A stretch of 64,000 nt of DNA from an uncultured Acidobacteriota bacterium (lineage in GTDB: Bacteria > Acidobacteriota > UBA6911 > RPQK01 > JAPXNP01), in contig CAVZRV010000007.1 in assembly GCA_963777605.1 (NCBI GenBank), positions 64,001 through 128,000 on the forward strand, in the 5' to 3' direction. Made by a program: the position numbers and the translations under genes. The stretch's first letter is position 1. Every line of letters begins with the position of its first letter. Below, piece after piece: positions 60,663-64,000 of the stretch. Under the pieces are notes generated by a model. It ran no database searches. It saw only the letters and a program-made list of their open reading frames with translations, and was not told the DNA's origin.

Positions 60663-62960
60663 TCAGAACTGGAAGAGATAGGAGAACTTGACGAAGAACT
60701 GGCGGGCGTCGCGGAGAAAATCGTCCGACGTCACGATCCCGTTCCCATACCCGAGAGGAATCAGTGCGACATTCCTCAGATTGCTGTTGTAGCCGACATA
60801 GAGTGCCGTCCAGGGATTGAGCAGGTAAGTGAAGAGAAAATCCGCGTTGAAGTTCTTCCGCGTGTCCAGCCGGGTAGCTGAGGGATTGGCCAGCACGGTG
60901 TCGTATTGGAGGATTACACGCAGGGCAAGTTCCCGGTTGAACTGCCAGTTCCACTTTGAACGGAAGATGTGGTTGTTGAAGATACTCGCGCCGGTCTCCC
61001 GGTTCACCAACCGGGAAAGGATGTACGTGTTGTCGTTCCGAAGATGAATATTGGGTCTCAGGGTCACCAGAAAATCGACCTCGGTCGCATTGGCCGACTC
61101 CGGACTCGAGCCGACGACCGGTACCAGGTTGATCTCCCTGCCGAAGGCGTACGCAGCCTGGACATTCACAGACGAAAAATACTGGGAGCTGAATCTAAAT
61201 TCAGTCTTTTCACGGGAGTAGTCGCGACTCTCGGTCAGCCCGCCATAATCTTCCGGCCGCAAGCGCTCTCTTCCGGGCGTCCACGCCGCCGAAAAAGTGT
61301 TCTGCTGGTTGAACTCCCAGTGCATACTCGTCTCGACTTCCCAGTCCAGACGCGTCCCGCTATGGTCCCAGATCGCTCGACTCTCCACCGTCGGCCCCCA
61401 GGCGATCAGCGAGCCGGTCTTCGGACGAAATCGATAGCTGGTCTCGTTGTCGATGCTCCGAATATCGGTCCGCCTGACGAATCCCGCCTCGGTCAAGAAA
61501 CCCGGGCTGAAATCCGTGTACTCCGTATTCTGGGTAAATTGCCGGCCTTCCCGGCGGAGACCGGCAAAGTAGGCCGGACCGGCCAGCGTGTCTCCGTCCA
61601 GGCGCCGACTTGAACTGGTTGCCGCCTGAAGCGTGCCAACCCAGTTGGGGTTCAACTTGAACCGGGTGTCGATCGCGCCGACCCGGTTAAAACTGCCTTC
61701 ATGCTCCCGATCGGTGTAGAGAATCCCCACGGTCGCCTCTCGGAACAGGTCTCGGTTGACCCGGATTACACCGAACTTGGCCCGGGTTCCGCTGATCGGA
61801 TCATCAGGCAGGGCCGCTTTCCCCGGAGCCTGGTCATCAGCGACCAAAGTGCCTACGGCATAGGGTCCCTGCTTACCCGTCAATCGAATCCCAAACTGGG
61901 GATCGGCAATGCGCCGACTGAAGAACAGGTTGATCGGGGTCTCGAAGAAATCCGCGTTTTCGAGAAAGAACGGCCGTTTCTCGGGAAAGAACACCTCAAA
62001 CCGCTGGTTCACCGTAATCTGAGGCTCATCCGATTCGACCTGGCTGAAGTCGGGATTGACCGCCATATCCAATGCAAAGCGGTTCTTGATCACATATTTG
62101 GCATCCAGCCCGGCATCCGGTTCAGCCGCCTCGCTTGCGAATTCAACCTGCTCCGGATCCCGGGTGTCCAGCGCACGGTAGGAGCGAAGGAAGCCGTATG
62201 GGATCAACTGGATACTTCGGCCTGGCGCGATGTCCTCGATCCCCAACAGGGTCGCCCCTTGATTCAGCCGTCCATCGATCTGGGTAGTGACCCACGGCCA
62301 CGTCGACGATTCATTGTTGCGCGGAATCCAACGAATCATCACGATACCCCATTCCTGCTTTTCAGCGGCCGGCAAGCGAAGGCTCTTGAGCGGAACTTGC
62401 ATCCAGACGACGTAACCCCGGTCGGTGATCCTTCCGTTCGAATGCCAGAGTGCGTCGAAGGCAGAATCGAAGTTTCCTCCCGTCCGCCCCTCCGTCCAGC
62501 GACCGTCCATCTGGACGCCCAGGGCGTTGCACGTAAACACGTAAGCCCGTCGCTCGTCGTGGAAAGTGTCGAGGAAAAGATCGACCTTGTCGTCACCCCG
62601 GAAATTTTCACGGGGAGTCATCCGGGCTCTGATCAGGTTGGGGTCATCGTCGAAGTTTACGAATATCGCGTAGAAGTTCTGATCGTCATAACCCAGGTAG
62701 GTCTCGGTGCGCTGGCTGACCGGGTCTCCATCCCGGGGCAATCTCTGAGTGAACCCGGTCACCTTGAGGAGTTTTCCCTCCATCTCCGGACTCGGCTTCA
62801 TGTCGAGGAAATCCTCCAGCTTCGGAGGTCGGTCTACCTTGGGAATGGTGATGGTCGGACGAACCGGCGGTCCCGGATCCTGACCGAACAGCGGCGTCGA
62901 AAGGCTCAACAGCAACAGGCTCAAGAACCAAGTCAGTCGTTTCGCTCGCACCCTGTCCAA
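60663..62960 (-). CDS. CBM9/DUF5916 outer-membrane-like protein
   Basis: Signal peptide; DTFHDERRAY, NPDFSQVESD, FFPEKRPFFLE; C-terminal KFSYLFQF. Confidence 0.85.
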   Translation of the reverse strand: MDRVRAKRLTWFLSLLLLSLSTPLFGQDPGPPVRPTITIPKVDRPPKLEDFLDMKPSPEMEGKLLKVTGFTQRLPRDGDPVSQRTETYLGYDDQNFYAIFVNFDDDPNLIRARMTPRENFRGDDKVDLFLDTFHDERRAYVFTCNALGVQMDGRWTEGRTGGNFDSAFDALWHSNGRITDRGYVVWMQVPLKSLRLPAAEKQEWGIVMIRWIPRNNESSTWPWVTTQIDGRLNQGATLLGIEDIAPGRSIQLIPYGFLRSYRALDTRDPEQVEFASEAAEPDAGLDAKYVIKNRFALDMAVNPDFSQVESDEPQITVNQRFEVFFPEKRPFFLENADFFETPINLFFSRRIADPQFGIRLTGKQGPYAVGTLVADDQAPGKAALPDDPISGTRAKFGVIRVNRDLFREATVGILYTDREHEGSFNRVGAIDTRFKLNPNWVGTLQAATSSSRRLDGDTLAGPAYFAGLRREGRQFTQNTEYTDFSPGFLTEAGFVRRTDIRSIDNETSYRFRPKTGSLIAWGPTVESRAIWDHSGTRLDWEVETSMHWEFNQQNTFSAAWTPGRERLRPEDYGGLTESRDYSREKTEFRFSSQYFSSVNVQAAYAFGREINLVPVVGSSPESANATEVDFLVTLRPNIHLRNDNTYILSRLVNRETGASIFNNHIFRSKWNWQFNRELALRVILQYDTVLANPSATRLDTRKNFNADFLFTYLLNPWTALYVGYNSNLRNVALIPLGYGNGIVTSDDFLRDARQFFVKFSYLFQF

Positions 62961-63034
62961 AACACCGCCTTTTCTACCGCAAGGAGAATAGCCGATTTCC
63001 ACGCCCTCCAGCAAACATTGCAGCAACCACATAT

Positions 63035-64000
63035 TCAGCGCGTGATCACTCCCAGCTCCGCGACGCTGATACCGCCTTCAGAACCCGCATTGTCCAGGCC
63101 GGTCAACCGAAGCCATCTGGCCTCGACCGGCCTTCGAAAACGGACCTTCTGCAAGACCGGATTGTTGGAAATATTGCTGAATTCCCCGGTGCGAACGATC
63201 GCCGTCCACGTTCGACCGTCGCGACTGGCCGCTACCCGGTAGTGGCTGATGCTGGACTGACTGCGCCCATCCTGTCGAGGCAGATACGTGAAGCCTTTGA
63301 GAGAGAGCGTTTCACCAAGATCGATGGTCACATCACAGGGAAGTTTGCCGCTCTCTCGATCCGACGCCCAAAAGGAATCCGGACTACCGTCAATCGCGTT
63401 GATCGCCGGGTTCCATTTGCCGCTCCCGCAACTGGTCTCGATGCTCCACCTCGCTTTTGGAACATCGAATTCAGCGGTGACGGTCTCTGACTCCACGGAA
63501 TCGTCCTGGACAAAGGCCTTCGCCCTGATTTCGCCAGGCTGGGCGAAGACAAACGGCTCCGTGAAACGGGTCGATTCGGCCGTGGGCTCCGACCCGTCAA
63601 CCGTGTACCGATAGACCGGGTCCGGCGAATCCGAAAAGATCTTGACGAGCCCTTCCTTGTCCCGGACGATTCTTGGCCTTCCGATCATTTCCGGCACCTG
63701 ATAGACCTCGACATTGGAAATCAAAAGGCACGCTTTGGCGCGGATATTAATCCGGAGAGCGTCGGTCGAAGTCTTCGGGAATTTGACGATTCGCCGGTTG
63801 CCCACAGTGGTTCCCTCTGCGACCTGCCTGAAACCATCCCCACTCCGCGCCTCAACCGAAAACGACTTTACCCGCTGCCCGAGGGCGATGTACTCCTGAA
63901 TCAAGATGGCATTGACCTCGGTAGCAGCTGGAAAGTTGATCTCCAGTGAAGCATTCCGGACTTCGGAATCGGTCGCCCAGTAGGATTCCGGATCGTTGTC
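63035..64000 (-). CDS. Alpha-L-fucosidase (GH29)-like C-terminal part with F5/8 type C and Fn3-associated domains, 5'-truncated by the window
   Basis: IQEYIALGQRVKSF, YTVDGSEPT, GFTYLPRQDG; the catalytic domain lies outside the window. Confidence 0.72.
   Translation of the reverse strand, partial: DNDPESYWATDSEVRNASLEINFPAATEVNAILIQEYIALGQRVKSFSVEARSGDGFRQVAEGTTVGNRRIVKFPKTSTDALRINIRAKACLLISNVEVYQVPEMIGRPRIVRDKEGLVKIFSDSPDPVYRYTVDGSEPTAESTRFTEPFVFAQPGEIRAKAFVQDDSVESETVTAEFDVPKARWSIETSCGSGKWNPAINAIDGSPDSFWASDRESGKLPCDVTIDLGETLSLKGFTYLPRQDGRSQSSISHYRVAASRDGRTWTAIVRTGEFSNISNNPVLQKVRFRRPVEARWLRLTGLDNAGSEGGISVAELGVITR

Noticed and set aside
61701-63242. 513-aa plus-strand ORF
   Set aside because: Antisense shadow of the DUF5916 gene; no recognisable domain
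1-64000. CRISPR array, rRNA, prophage, intact integrase/transposase or defence system
   Set aside because: No spaced repeats or hallmark genes were seen

Overview
GC-rich bacterial chromosomal window, most likely Acidobacteriota (inferred from the PadR plus duplicated ADOP-type permease, tamB-tamA-surA and the zf-HC2 anti-sigma/ECF pairs). 1-32 kb is mostly housekeeping: tamB/tamA/surA, dtd, lexA, an ECF module, rhamnose isomerase, aroE/aroK, a long minus-strand run (ruvAB, moxR-DUF58-transglutaminase, rimO, pgpA, cinA, thpR, heptose kinase), lsrF-epimerase-aldolase/SDR, and purF/purN/purM. Next come an NTT-HEAT nucleotide-transporter-like gene, a cNMP-binding gene, a secreted phosphoesterase and a second ECF module. 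A stand-alone tRNA-Ile(GAT) has its 3' half repeated 5.6 kb downstream, bracketing an integrase-less PadR/HlyD/ABC/ADOP islet. The right part is accessory: a kinase-ligase-GT4-sulfotransferase run, a secreted arginine-deiminase-like enzyme, GH2, a DmpA-like peptidase, a PLP decarboxylase, DUF5916 and a GH29-like gene. Most notable: TTCAC-N6-TTCAC direct repeats on the lexA promoter, an unannotated 58-aa ORF coupled to lexA followed by DnaA-box-like motifs, the NTT-HEAT/cNMP/phosphatase module beside pur genes, the tRNA islet, the PAD-like enzyme and a dispersed intergenic repeat. Many single-base frameshifts suggest sequencing errors. All calls come from motif reading only; no database searches were run.
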